Source of the DNA: Octopus sinensis
Lineage: Eukaryota
DNA length: 64,000 nucleotides
NCBI RefSeq assembly: GCF_006345805.1
Contig: NC_042998.1
Span: 43,896,001-43,960,000 of the forward strand
Direction of reading: 5' to 3'
Positions 1-10,987 of the stretch are shown here, piece after piece (within the stretch, counting starts at the first letter, position 1; the number at the start of each line of letters is the position of its first letter). A program made the translations under genes and the position numbers. The notes under the pieces were generated by a model. It was not told the origin of the DNA, ran no database searches, and worked only from the letters and a program-made list of their open reading frames with translations.

Positions 1-251
1 TGAATAACCGTTTTAATGAGCTTTCGCTTTGACAGATGCTTTCTTTTAATCTAGGTACCGTAAAATGGAATACAGGTAAAACGGTACTAGAACGGTTTAT
101 TACTGGTCTGTTCGACACCAGATTAATTCATTGTGTGCACGCAAATTATAATGGCATTCTCAATTGGTTTAGGTTAGTATCTAATGCAAATAAATAAAGA
201 TGATCATTCCGAGGATAGGGGATAGATTACTACTACAATAATTCATATATC

Positions 252-449
252 GGTTTCAAATTTTGGCATAAGGCCAGGAATTTCGTGGAAAGGGTTAAGT
301 TGATTACATTGATCCTGAGTGCTCAACTAGTACTTATTTTATCGACCCCGAAATGATATGAAGCAAAGTGGACCTCGGCGGAATTTGAACTCGGAACGTA
401 AAATCGAACGAAATGCCTCTAAGCATTTTGCCCTGCTTTGCTAACTGAC
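252..449 (-). mobile_element. tRNA-derived SINE, family 1 (short tail)
   Basis: Reverse complement matches the repeat seen many times in the window: B-box-like GAGTTCxAATTCCGCC, body gtcgactttgcctttcatcctttcggggtcga...aataagtac, tail ggccttatgccaaaatttgaaacc. Confidence 0.85.
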
Positions 450-876
450 AATAATTCATATATAAAAAAATCATTTAATTCCGCCACCAAGTTATATATT
501 GATTACAACGGATCCAAACATCTGGCAGACGTTAAACATATAATTATGAAAAAGAAACCGGATAAAAGAAGGACAAAAAAGTATAATTCTAGATAGCAGT
601 GACATGGAAGGCACTCCTTGTTTTAATTTGATTAAATATCGGTTGAATATTCCCGTTAATATCGCTGTAAGATACATATAAAAAAGTACAGAATTCTCTC
701 TGTTTTAAGGGACTTTGATGATATAATAGAAACAAAGAATTACTTAGAATTGCATATATTCTACTGCATGTAGCAAAGGTATTCGAAATTACACCATAAT
801 GCCAGATGAATAGTTACTGTGTCTGATGATTATTAATACTCAAGGTAAATACCTTTTTTAAAAAAATCAAACATAT

Positions 877-1078
877 TGGTTTCAAATTTTGGCCCAAGGT
901 CAGCAGGTTTGGGAAGCGGCTGAATCGATTAAACCGACTCCAGTGTTTAGTTGGTACTTATTCTTTCGACCTATGCAAACTCGACCCCGGTAGAATTTGA
1001 ACTCAGAAAGTAAGGATTGACGAAATGTCGCTAAGCATTTTCCAGGCGCGCTAACGAGTCTGCAAGGTTACCACCTTT
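877..1078 (-). mobile_element. tRNA-derived SINE, family 1
   Basis: Same body and tail as the 252-449 copy; head ggtggtaaccttgcagactcgttagcgcg. Confidence 0.8.
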
Positions 1079-1354
1079 CAAATCAGATATATTAACCGAT
1101 ATCAAGGATAACTTACCCGAATACTAATAAATAACAATCCTCAACAACTCAACCACTATTGATACTTTTAACTGACTAAAAACTTTCTCTAAATTAATGG
1201 TCCAGATGAGAATGTCATATGCAAAATATTTCCATATTCAGACAGCTACATATAATAACTAAAAAAACCATTGCCTTTTAGATATCAGATATAAAAGGAC
1301 AAAGAACCCCGTTCAGGGACAAATGACCATGGGATTGCACCTATAAAGCTTCCC

Positions 1355-1660
<306 letters not shown>

Positions 1661-1681
1661 TATTTTTCCTGTTTGCATCAA

Positions 1682-1712
<31 letters not shown>

Positions 1713-1750
1713 CACACACACACACACCACACACACATATATATATATAT

Positions 1751-1803
<53 letters not shown>

Positions 1804-3371
1804 TATATGCATATATACATATATGCATATTTACATATATGCATATATACACAGATATGTATACTTTATTAAAAAGCAGCAAAATATAACAAAAACTCTT
1901 ACTTAGAGTTTCACGTTCCCATTTGTCGGACAGTTTTTTTTTTTTAGAATGGAACTAAAATAAGGGTGTAAGTAAAAAATATACAAGTAGTTTAATAGAC
2001 ACACATTTCAAAATGGTTTTGTTTCATTGGTCCTTTCAAGCAAGCGTCTTTTCAATTACCGGTAGCATGCAATGAACAAATTTCGGTATAGATTATAAAA
2101 ATCGAAGAAAACATTAAATCAAAAAGAGCTTTTAAAGAAGGAAAGAGCCTGAATACCCAGGGTAAATAATTATCTGTAAAATATTAATCAATTAATACAC
2201 TAAAGGCTTTCTCCGTTTAAGACATTTTCACGTTGGATTACATATAAATTTAGTAGTATATACACATACCAAACCATCTATAATATACATATATACACTA
2301 AACATAGAGACGTATGTTCATAGCTACATACATATACAGATATGTAGACGCAAGACATGAATATATACAAATCCATATATGTGTGTGTGTGTGGGGGGGG
2401 TTTCTGTCTGTCTGTCTGTCTGTACGCACGCACGCACAAAATCTCCTGGCGTTTGCTTATACAAACAAGTTAGTTGTTACAGGCGAAAGAAAGAGAAGGG
2501 AAAATCAGAAAATTAAGTATGGGTGGAGGGAGGAAGAAAGACGTGGAAAAGAAGAAAAGGAAATAAAAGAAATAGTATTTGTTGTAACAAACTGCGGTAT
2601 GTGTTAAAATTCCTTCGAAGTCGAATTTAGCTTTGTTTCATACATATGTACTTACATAAATAAACTTCTGACGCAGTCTCACGAATTAGATTTACAGTAC
2701 GAAGGGAGATAATTCTTAAGCTTGTTGATTTTCAATAAGCTATCAAATTTTCACTTTTTAATGCTTTAAAGAAAAGTTATTCTATAAATTTTAAGTTAAC
2801 AACCATAAATCGATTTATGGTGTTATTTTCATGTTAAAAAGCGAAAACTGTAACTGAAAAGTTTAATCTGTTTTTTAAAAAATCTTATTGCTGATAAAGT
2901 CGGAGGAATTAAGAAAATTGTTTACATGATCCAAGGGAAGTAACTGTTGACGGAAATTGATTCAGTTAATAGAGTTGCAATTGTATTTTTATATTCTGTT
3001 GAAAAAATATCTTTTAAATTTTGCTTTTCATTCTATAAAAATGCGCACACACGCATGCGTATATAAATTGACACATAAATATAAACATATTTACACGTTT
3101 ACTGGCACAATAGAATATCTTTTTAATATGATAGAACATCATGTGGTATCTATTTAATGCACAACACAGCATAAACCAGAACAACTGTAATATGTTTTCA
3201 GATAAATTCTTCTGTTTTTATTTTTTTCCCAATATTATTTGAATTAACACGAAAAATACATTTTATCGTAGTGCTTTATGATTTGTCTGTAGCTCTATTC
3301 TTCATCTACAATACTTGTTTATCGATCTTGAAGTTTGAATAAATTTTACCTCTTTTCATATAGGTGAGCTA

Positions 3372-3428
<57 letters not shown>

Positions 3429-3521
3429 GGTAAGACGACAAAAGAGAGAAAGAGACCTCGATTTTATGTAATTAGCGGAAGTTATATGTAAATGTAATAT
3501 GTGACAATATTCGGTAGCCAT

Positions 3522-3582
3522 GATAAAACTCCGAGTTTCGGATGTCGAGGTGGAAATCCACGCCACCATCTCTTCAGTTATC
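3522..3582 (-). ncRNA. Minimal type I hammerhead ribozyme motif
   Basis: Minus strand reads GATAA-CTGAAGA-G...CATCC-GAAA-C-TCGGA-GT-T-TTATC: 5-bp stem I GATAA/TTATC, CUGANGA and GAAA cores, GUU triplet. Confidence 0.7.
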
Positions 3583-3614
3583 CGACCATTTTTCATAGCA
3601 TTTTTCGATGGTTG

Positions 3615-3674
3615 GATAACTGAAGAGGTGGTGGCATGGATTTCCAACTCGCATCCGAAACACGGAGTTTTATC
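3615..3674 (+). ncRNA. Minimal type I hammerhead ribozyme motif
   Basis: GATAA(3615-19)-CTGAAGA(3620-26)-G...CATCC-GAAA(3657-60)-C-ACGGA-GT-T-TTATC(3670-74). Confidence 0.7.
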
Positions 3675-3716
3675 ATGGCTACCGAATAATTGCCACATAT
3701 TACATTTACAGATATG

Positions 3717-3759
<43 letters not shown>

Positions 3760-3804
3760 ATATATATATATATATTATATATATGTATATATATATATAT
3801 ATAG

Positions 3805-3881
<77 letters not shown>

Positions 3882-3888
3882 ATATATA

Positions 3889-4143
3889 TATCGGATTTTG
3901 GTAATTGTGCCTTTCGAAACACGTGTAGAATGAAATAAAACGATTTCTGTTCAATCTGCGTTCAGCTCCATTTCTTCAATTCACCAATAATGTTTTAATT
4001 TCAATTATCCGCACCAACGCACGGTTGCAACGCCAGATGGTTGTACCTCCAACCGTGCTGTTTACTGCTGTGATTTTTGCTACTAAGGTATCGTTAAACT
4101 TTGATTAATCTACTACAAGATTATTCATCTTTCTATTTCACAT
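3889..4143 (+). mobile_element. Penelope-like pseudo-LTR relic with 3' half of a hammerhead
   Basis: GAAACACGTGTA (3916-3927) with palindromic stem III, followed by AATAAA (3934-39) and a cacggttg/caaccgtg hairpin; (TA)n on both sides; CUGANGA half absent. Confidence 0.5.
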
Positions 4144-4148
4144 TATAT

Positions 4149-4193
<45 letters not shown>

Positions 4194-4232
4194 TAATATA
4201 TTATATATAATATATAATATATATATATATAA

Positions 4233-4830
4233 TTAGCACCTGTTTCTTTTCGTTTTCTGTGAAGGCTTCAGAACTGTCAAAGCCGTTCAAGCTATTAGTG
4301 CTGTGTATGGAGAAGACGCTTTTACTTAAAGAACTACACAGGAATGGTTATTGCATTGAAGGGAGGGAAACTTCAAACTTGCAGCCTCTCCGCTTTCCAG
4401 CTGACGTGTTCAGTTCTGTGAGGGTTGATTGAACCAACTCATCCACGACGATCCCCACCAATCCACTAGGGAACTGGACCAGCAGATGGGATGCTCTCAT
4501 GATACCATTGCCCATCACTTTCAGTTGATTGGTAAATTTGGTACAAGGATGCCACACGCTTCGAATTAATAGGACAAACACCAGCATGCTTCTTCAACAC
4601 GTCAACGCTCGACGTTACTAATAATACTTTAGATTATCATATTTTTTTAGTTGTTCTCCTACAGCCTGCACATCGTTACGTTCAATAACGATGTTGGGGA
4701 TTAAAACGTTGTTCGATGAATTCCCCGAACCAAAATCCGTTGTTTTCTACAGTCGAGCTATTGGAACGTTGTAAGATGTGAAAAATGAAGGTGTGTTTCT
4801 TATTGATTGATTTGTTAAAATGCTTAGTTT
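4233..4830 (+). mobile_element. Degenerate, internally deleted mariner transposon
   Basis: Broken frames read HLFxFxFCEGF...AISAVYGEDA...LIHDDPHQSTREL (HTH region) and then FDEF...FYSRAI...NEGVFLID (C-terminus), with the catalytic middle missing. Confidence 0.7.
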
Positions 4831-5075
4831 CTTTGCTTCATGCTCTTGCCTGACGGGGCTGTGGTCATCCCAGGCTGGTTGTCTCAGAGACTCAACTTGT
4901 GCAGAGCTGACCAAGTCCACCAGTACTCTGGATCACTGACAATCCCGTATCAGCCCTTCTGCATCCTCCAAGATAAAGTCGAGCCTCCGGAGATCTGCCT
5001 TAAACAAATCCAGTCATCTGGTGCGGGGCCGCCTCCGAGGCTTCTTCCAGCCCACAGCTTGTGCGTTGAATGAGA
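4830..5075 (-). mobile_element. RTE-clade LINE 3' fragment
   Basis: Minus strand reads FNAQAVGWKKPRRRPRTR*LDLFKADLRRL..LEDAEGLIRD, matching the RTE C-terminal RPRGRPRxRW..DL..L..A.DR pattern. Confidence 0.6.
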
Positions 5076-5732
5076 GTAAAGCCCTCATTCAATTTGTTAA
5101 AACTGTTGATGTTGATAAGGATTAAAAAAGAAAGAAAACAACAACCCAATATATTTAACGATTTCGTAATATTGAAGAAATTACGAAATAGTGATGTTGG
5201 CTGACTTCGCACATTTTAGAACTCTGGTTCTTAATCTGGAAATAATTACTATGTTGAAAGCTTTATCAGCTCACGAACGGTGACAAATACGGCGATGTAG
5301 CGAGTATTAGGGCTTCTTTTCTTAGAAAATGATGTATTTTAACCAAGTACACTTTTGTGAAAAGATCTTTGTGAAGTTTAGAATATGCGTAGAATATTAT
5401 ATTAGCAGTGAGTAAAAACATGAGCAATGATGTGCTAAAATACAGTATAATTTCATATTATAAAACCTAGACTTCTTTTGTATTTGTTAAACAATATAGC
5501 ATATGTAGTATTTTCATTAAATTTATTTTTTATTAATATATTTTTAGTGAACAATGATATAAAGCCAATAACTGGAGTCGATGGTATTGACAAATCTCGT
5601 GCCATATATGTATGTATATACATACATACATGCATACACACATGTGTGTGTATAAATATATATGTATAATTATAAAGATAAAACTTACTTGGAAGAGGAT
5701 GTATGGCATTCAAACAGATAAGAATATATATA

Positions 5733-5773
<41 letters not shown>

Positions 5774-5800
5774 CGTTTATGTACATACTTACATCTATAC

Positions 5801-5849
<49 letters not shown>

Positions 5850-6085
5850 ATGCGGATGTGGGCACAGGACGTCACGAAACGTGTACAACAAAAAATACAA
5901 AGCACAAGTACATGGAACGAGGTTATTTCAGATATTCTCATTTTAAAAAGTCATCTCTGGCTAATCGGTGAGAAGACGTTGGTGTGGCGTTGGAGGAGGT
6001 TTGCATTCTCTGAGTGCTCTTGTTATTATTATTATTATTATTATTGTTGTTGTTATTGTTATTCTTGTTCTTGTTGTGGTTAAAG

Positions 6086-6327
6086 AGCTGCGAGCTGGCA
6101 GAATCGTTACCGTGCCAGGCAAAATGCTTAACGGACTTTCGTCTGTTTTAAGGCAGAATCGTTAGATGCTGGGCGAAATGATTAGCGGTATTTCGTCTGC
6201 CACTACGTTCTGAGGTCAAATTCCGCCGAGGTCGACTTTGCCTTTCATCCTTTCGGGGTCGATTAAATAAGTACCAGTTACGCACTGGTGTCGATGCAAT
6301 CGACTCATCCTTTGCGCCTATAGTAGA

Positions 6328-6328
<1 letters not shown>
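6086..6328 (+). mobile_element. tRNA-derived SINE, family 1, with (ATT)n tail
   Basis: Head gagctggcagaatcgttacc, B-box region, body, 3' end tagtagac followed by (ATT)n. Confidence 0.85.
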
Positions 6329-6403
<75 letters not shown>

Positions 6404-6422
6404 ATTATTTTATTATTATTAT

Positions 6423-7830
6423 CCTTGACTTTGCACAGCCTCTAATGTACTGCGGTGTCAGCTGTTCACTACCAGTAAACTAAGGTGACACCTCTTATTT
6501 TTCGAGGACCTTCCGGAGTATTCAGGTGGTTCAAAGCAGTGCTGTACTCTGCAAGTGCTCCACCCTTATTGCAGCTCCTATTTATTCCACGTAGCTCTCG
6601 GGATTTTTGCTCACTGTTCCCGTGACTCCGACAGTTATTGGTACTACTGCTACCTTTTTCCTCGACCACAACTGCTTAACTTCCCAAGCTAACCTGTCAT
6701 ATCTCTCGACTTTTCTTTCTTCCTTATCGCATACCTTGTCAGCTGGGAAGGCTATATCTATGATCCAGCATAGTTTGTTTTCTTTCTCAATTAAGACTAT
6801 GTCTGGCTCCCTATTCTCTATCTCATGGTCGCACTGAATCATAAAATCCCATAAGATCTTTGCATTATTATTTTCGATGATGCCTTCGGGTTTGTGGTCG
6901 TACCGATTCTTTGCTCTGTCAAGTCCATACTTGTTGCAAAGTGTCGAATGCACATGCCTGGATATATTGTTGTGGCGTCTCTTATATTCCTTCTGGCTAG
7001 TGGCGTACATTGGCTGATAATATGCCATACGGTTTCACCATTTTGTCCACAGATTCTGCACTTATCACTTTCTGCTGGGTTGCCTATTCTGTATTTTATG
7101 TACTTTGTTCTTAGTGCTTGGTCTCGGGCAGCATAGATTAGAGCCTCCGTTTCCGGTTTTAAATCACTTTTAGTCACCCATAGTAATCGTTTTTCTCTGT
7201 CTGTCTTATCTTCAACATCCCCATAAAATTGACCATGCATTCTTTTCTTTATCTATTTATTTTCAGTTTCATTCGTTTCCACTTTCTTGTAACAGCGCTT
7301 TATCTTTGCAGCCTTTGATTCTACACAAGCCTGAACTTTATACTTCTAATAATAGCGGTTCTGTGGCATTTCTTTTACATACCATGCTATGTTGTTTTCT
7401 TCTGCTCTAATGCTATGTTCGCATCCAATAAGTCCTCTTCCTCCTCTTTTTCTTGGTACACACAGTCTGACTGTGTCTCTTTTTGGGTGGAGTGTACCTT
7501 ATCTAGTTAGTAACTTCTTTGTCTTTCTGTTTAAGCTGTTTAATTCGTTTACTGTCCTTGCGATTAACCCTGCTCCATATCTATGTAGTGAAACCGCCCA
7601 GGTGTTGATAGCTTCGATCTTATTCCATCCGTTTAATTTCGAATTAAGGATCCGTTCGTTTAGTTTCGAATTAAGGATCAGTCTCAGTCTGCGCAGTTAC
7701 TTCATCTTAAATTTTTCTGTCATTTCTTTCTCCATCAACTAATCCATTTCCCTAATCCCCAAGTACTTATAGCCCGTCTCTTTTATCTGCTTCATAACCT
7801 CCCCCGATGGTATCGCCAGCCTGTCTATAA
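6423..7830 (-). mobile_element. 5'-truncated R4/Dong-type RLE non-LTR retrotransposon, family B
   Basis: Frameshifted pieces (ORFs 6839-7240, 6582-7028): YKYLG, CRICGQNGETVWHIISQC zinc knuckle, RHN, PDIVL..IIDIAFP RLE nuclease; 3' UTR with ggtgtca/tgacacc stem; (AAT)n-type tracts at both ends. Confidence 0.9.
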
Positions 7831-7851
7831 ATTGTGCCTTTAGTAGAAAAG

Positions 7852-7882
<31 letters not shown>

Positions 7883-7904
7883 TATTATTATTATTATTAT
7901 TATT

Positions 7905-8316
7905 CAGTAGTTTTATTTTTATATCGTGCTTTCACTTCACTACCGAGCGCAGCTCTGTGTGCCTTGGGTATGTGCTGTGGTTTGTTGTGATGCTCTTATG
8001 GTTACTGTATTGAAGGTGTTTTGCGTAGGATGTGTGCAGTGCCCAGTAGTGCAATTTTCTGTATGTTATATATATCTGTAATTCCTAATGTTTTTGTTAT
8101 GTATTTGTCTGAATAATTTTTTATCATGCCTAATGCACCTACTATGATAGGAATTGTTTCTGTTTTTAGATTCAACATTCGAATTACATCTATTTCCAGT
8201 TCTTTGTATTTTGAAAGTTTCTCCATTTCTTTCAGAGAAAAGTTGTCATCTGCTGGTATTGATACATCAATTAGAAAGCATTTTTTTTCTTCATGATCTC
8301 TGATAACTATATCTGG
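7905..8316 (-). mobile_element. R4/Dong-type 3' fragment, family A
   Basis: ORF 8002-8367: PDIVIRDHEEKKCFLIDVSIP...KYKELEI...IPIIVGALG...QKIALLGTAHILRK; same 3' UTR as the 54838 and 57715 copies; 3' end abuts (AAT)n. Confidence 0.9.
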
Positions 8317-8512
8317 CAGAATCTTTAGCATGACGGAAGAAATGTTTAGAGTTATTTCGTCTGCCATTACGTTCTGTGTTCAATTTTCGCCGAAGACGAT
8401 TTTGCCTTTCATCCTTTTGGGGTCGATTAAATAAGTACCAATTACTCACTGGGGTCGATGTAATCGACCTAATCCCTTCCCCGAAAGTTGAGGCCTTATG
8501 CTTCTAGTAATA
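8313..8512 (+). mobile_element. tRNA-derived SINE, family 1 (first bases missing)
   Basis: ctggcagaatctttagcatg...tttgcctttcatcc...ggggtcgatgtaatcgacc. Confidence 0.8.
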
Positions 8513-8990
8513 AGTAGTAGTAGTAGTAGTAGTGGTAGTAGTATCAGCAGCAGCAGCGGTAGTGGTTGCAGAAGTAGCAGTTGCATTAATTTTCCCCACC
8601 TCTCAACTCCGTATTATTATTATTCAAATTTCACTTAATTTTTTTTTTTACGCTAAACAAGAACTGTAGTCTAAACAGAATTTCATGTTTTACTTAATCA
8701 CGGTTAAATAAGAGACGGATGCATGGTTTAGTGGTTAAGAAGCTCGCTTCGCAACCACGTGATTCGGGTTCAGTGAAGTGTGTGATTTGGTGGATTGAAA
8801 TATGTATGCATATATATGTATATATATATATATATATAATGGAGAAATCATACAAAATGTATAAGTGGGTGATGAGTAAAGCACCAGCACAGATTCGATT
8901 ACCTGTTATTATCCGTAGATTACAGGAACTTCATAGTGGCGGTTGAGGTAATAGTATTAATACAATAGATGGAGAAAAAAAATTTATTTA

Positions 8991-9032
8991 GTGCGACACA
9001 TGTTTCGACCGCTTCTGGGTCTCTTCGGGTAC
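8991..9032 (-). ncRNA. Minimal type I hammerhead ribozyme motif (U4->C substitution)
   Basis: Minus strand GTAC-CCGAAGA-GACC-cagaagc-GGTC-GAAA-C-ATGT-GT-C-GCAC, followed by taAATAAA; perfect 4-bp stem II, GUC triplet. Confidence 0.75.
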
Positions 9033-9058
9033 ATAAAAAATATAAAGTAACAAGTCAC

Positions 9059-9096
9059 ACTAGAGATTCGGTTTTACGTAAAACCGAATCTCTAGT
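9059..9096. repeat. Perfect 38-bp palindrome
   Basis: actagagattcggttttac|gtaaaaccgaatctctagt; centre of an imperfect inverted repeat extending ~9012-9146. Confidence 0.95.
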
Positions 9097-9159
9097 AAGA
9101 CTTTTAAAAAAAAATATTTATGTACTGGAAGAGACCCAGAACTGGCGAAGGCCGGTTTA

Positions 9160-9218
9160 TAGGGTTACCCTGGGTTTTTTGCCATAAAGATACCTTTATG
9201 GCGTATCTTCAGACCCTA
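9160..9218 (-). ncRNA. Degenerate hammerhead ribozyme motif
   Basis: Minus strand TAGGGT-CTGAAGA-tac-GCCATAAAG-gtat-CTTTATGGC-aaaaaa-C-CCAGG-GT-A-ACCCTA: 6-bp stem I, 9-bp stem II, GUA triplet; G of GAAA lost. Confidence 0.6.
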
Positions 9219-9404
9219 AGACCTGTTGGCCTATGACCACTTTAAAATATGGAGTGCGGAAACGATATTTTAAAGAAATCATAGGCCAACAGGGCTTCAC
9301 AGTAATAAATATAGGTTGCTCTACTTCTTACAGTTTGCTTCTACTCCGAATTTTATGTCCTTCTGAAAAACGATTTGTATAAGTGTGTGTGTGCGCGCGC
9401 GTGT

Positions 9405-9790
9405 GTATTCATTCATTCATCTCTGTTTACTATTCCTGGGAAGGCCGTTGTTGTAGCGTTCTAAGGTACCTCCTCCATGGGATCCTCTCGAAGCTGCCTT
9501 CGTTAAATTCCTGAGTTGAATTCCCAAGCGCGGCCAAGTGAGAATATGGATAATATCCAACCATGTCGTTCTTGGTATAACCTCTAGGTCTCTTACCAGT
9601 TGTTTAGCTTGAAAAATCCATCTTATGATGCTTTGTCACATTCTAATAACGTTTCTGTTGTACCGAACCTGTGCCCTCTCATTGCAGAGAAATAGCTACT
9701 CCATCTAGAAAGACTCCCTAATCTCCGAGATACGCGCCCTGTCGAATAACGTTACTCCACAGACGCCATTTCGACCCGTTCTATGTCTTT
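9405..9790 (-). mobile_element. RTE-clade LINE 3' fragment with (TGAA)n tail
   Basis: Minus strand GKRPRG...PWRRYLRTLQQRPSQE* ending in gatgaatgaatgaat. Confidence 0.65.
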
Positions 9791-10368
9791 GTGCTTGCCC
9801 CCATCACCGTTTGACAACCATTATTGGTTTGTTTAAGACCCCGCTATCTAGCGGTCTGGCAAAAGTGGCCGATAGAATAAGTACTAAAATTTAAAACTTA
9901 AGTTCGATGAGTGATTTGTTTAACTAAACATTTCAACGCGGTACCTCAGTATAGCCCCAGTCCTTCGAGTGAAACGAGAATAAATCGTAAAAAATACAAA
10001 TAGATGTATACGAATCAAAAACCTTAGACAGTTTACCTCAACAAACTTTGCTGCCTTCTGCATAATCGAAAAAGCCACCGTCTTAAAACACGGGGCGAAA
10101 ATCAAACTAAATCGTATTACACACTGAAAAAACAAGCACAGGGAGACAAAGGATAGTATCGCAGATAATTTATTATATGTTTTTCCCTTAAATTGCTGTC
10201 GGAAATCATGGCATCTTTCGTATATGATATTCATTCTAATTTTGACATAAAACCAGCAAATTGTAAAAGGTGGGCAGTCTATTTCATCGGCTCGAGAGCT
10301 CGACTATCGAACTCGATAGGATGTAAGGCAAATCCGACCTTTGCGTTATCTCAATTTAGAACATACAA

Positions 10369-10582
10369 AAGGAGGAGGAGGAGAAGAAGAAGAAGAAGAA
10401 GAAGAAGAACGAAGAAGAAGAGAAGAAGAAGAAGAAGAAGAAGAAGAAAGAAGAAGAAGAAAGAAGAAGAAGAAAGAAGAAGAAGAAGAAGAAGAGAAGA
10501 AGAAGAAGAAGAAGAAGAAGAAGAAGAAGAAGAAGAAGAAGAAGAAGAGAAGAAGAAGAAGAAGAAGAAGAAGAAGAAGAAG
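10369..10582. repeat. (GAA)n/(GGA)n purine tract
   Basis: About 210 bp of interrupted GAA repeats; explains the poly-R/E/K ORFs. Confidence 0.95.
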
Positions 10583-10609
10583 GTGTTAAGGATTATGTTG
10601 GCTGACCGC

Positions 10610-10813
10610 CACCCTTTCCTATATAATTCTTTGTAATCCAGATATTTGAGGGGAGGGAGCTAGTTAACTACTTCGACCCCAGTGCTCGATTGATAAACGT
10701 ACTATCGACCCCGAAAAGGTGGAATGCAAAGGCGCCCTCGGTAAAATTTGAACACAGAACGAGAAGTCAGAAGCTTTGACCAGCATGCTAACAATTCTGT
10801 TAGTTCTCCGCCT
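10610..10813 (-). mobile_element. tRNA-derived SINE, family 1 (diverged)
   Basis: Reverse complement of the family 1 head, body and tail. Confidence 0.7.
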
Positions 10814-10840
10814 TCCTTCCATCTATACTAGAAAGTTAAT

Positions 10841-10976
10841 ATGCCGAGGTCGACTTTGCCTTTTATCCTTTCGAGGTCGATAAATTAAATACCACTTGCG
10901 TACTGGAGTCGATCTAATTGACTAGCCCCATCCCCCAAAATTTCCGGCTTTGTGCCTAGTGCAGAAAAGAATATTA
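10841..10976 (+). mobile_element. SINE family 1, 5'-truncated
   Basis: gccgaggtcgactttgccttttatcc...gtgcctagtgcagaaaagaatatt. Confidence 0.75.
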
Positions 10977-10987
10977 GGACCTTTATA

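Larger units (their letters stand above)
3426..3716. mobile_element. Foldback element between (TA)n tracts; two head-to-head Penelope-like pseudo-LTR relics
   Basis: Arms ~3484-3587 and ~3610-3715 are near-perfect reverse complements around a ~20-nt spacer; each arm carries a hammerhead motif; (TA)n on both sides. Confidence 0.75.

Noticed and set aside
5852-5892. Possible complete hammerhead
   Set aside because: Core reads CGGATGT and stem I does not pair; kept only as a weak half-motif
10193-10636. Poly-R/E/K ORFs resembling low-complexity proteins
   Set aside because: Product of the (GAA)n tract
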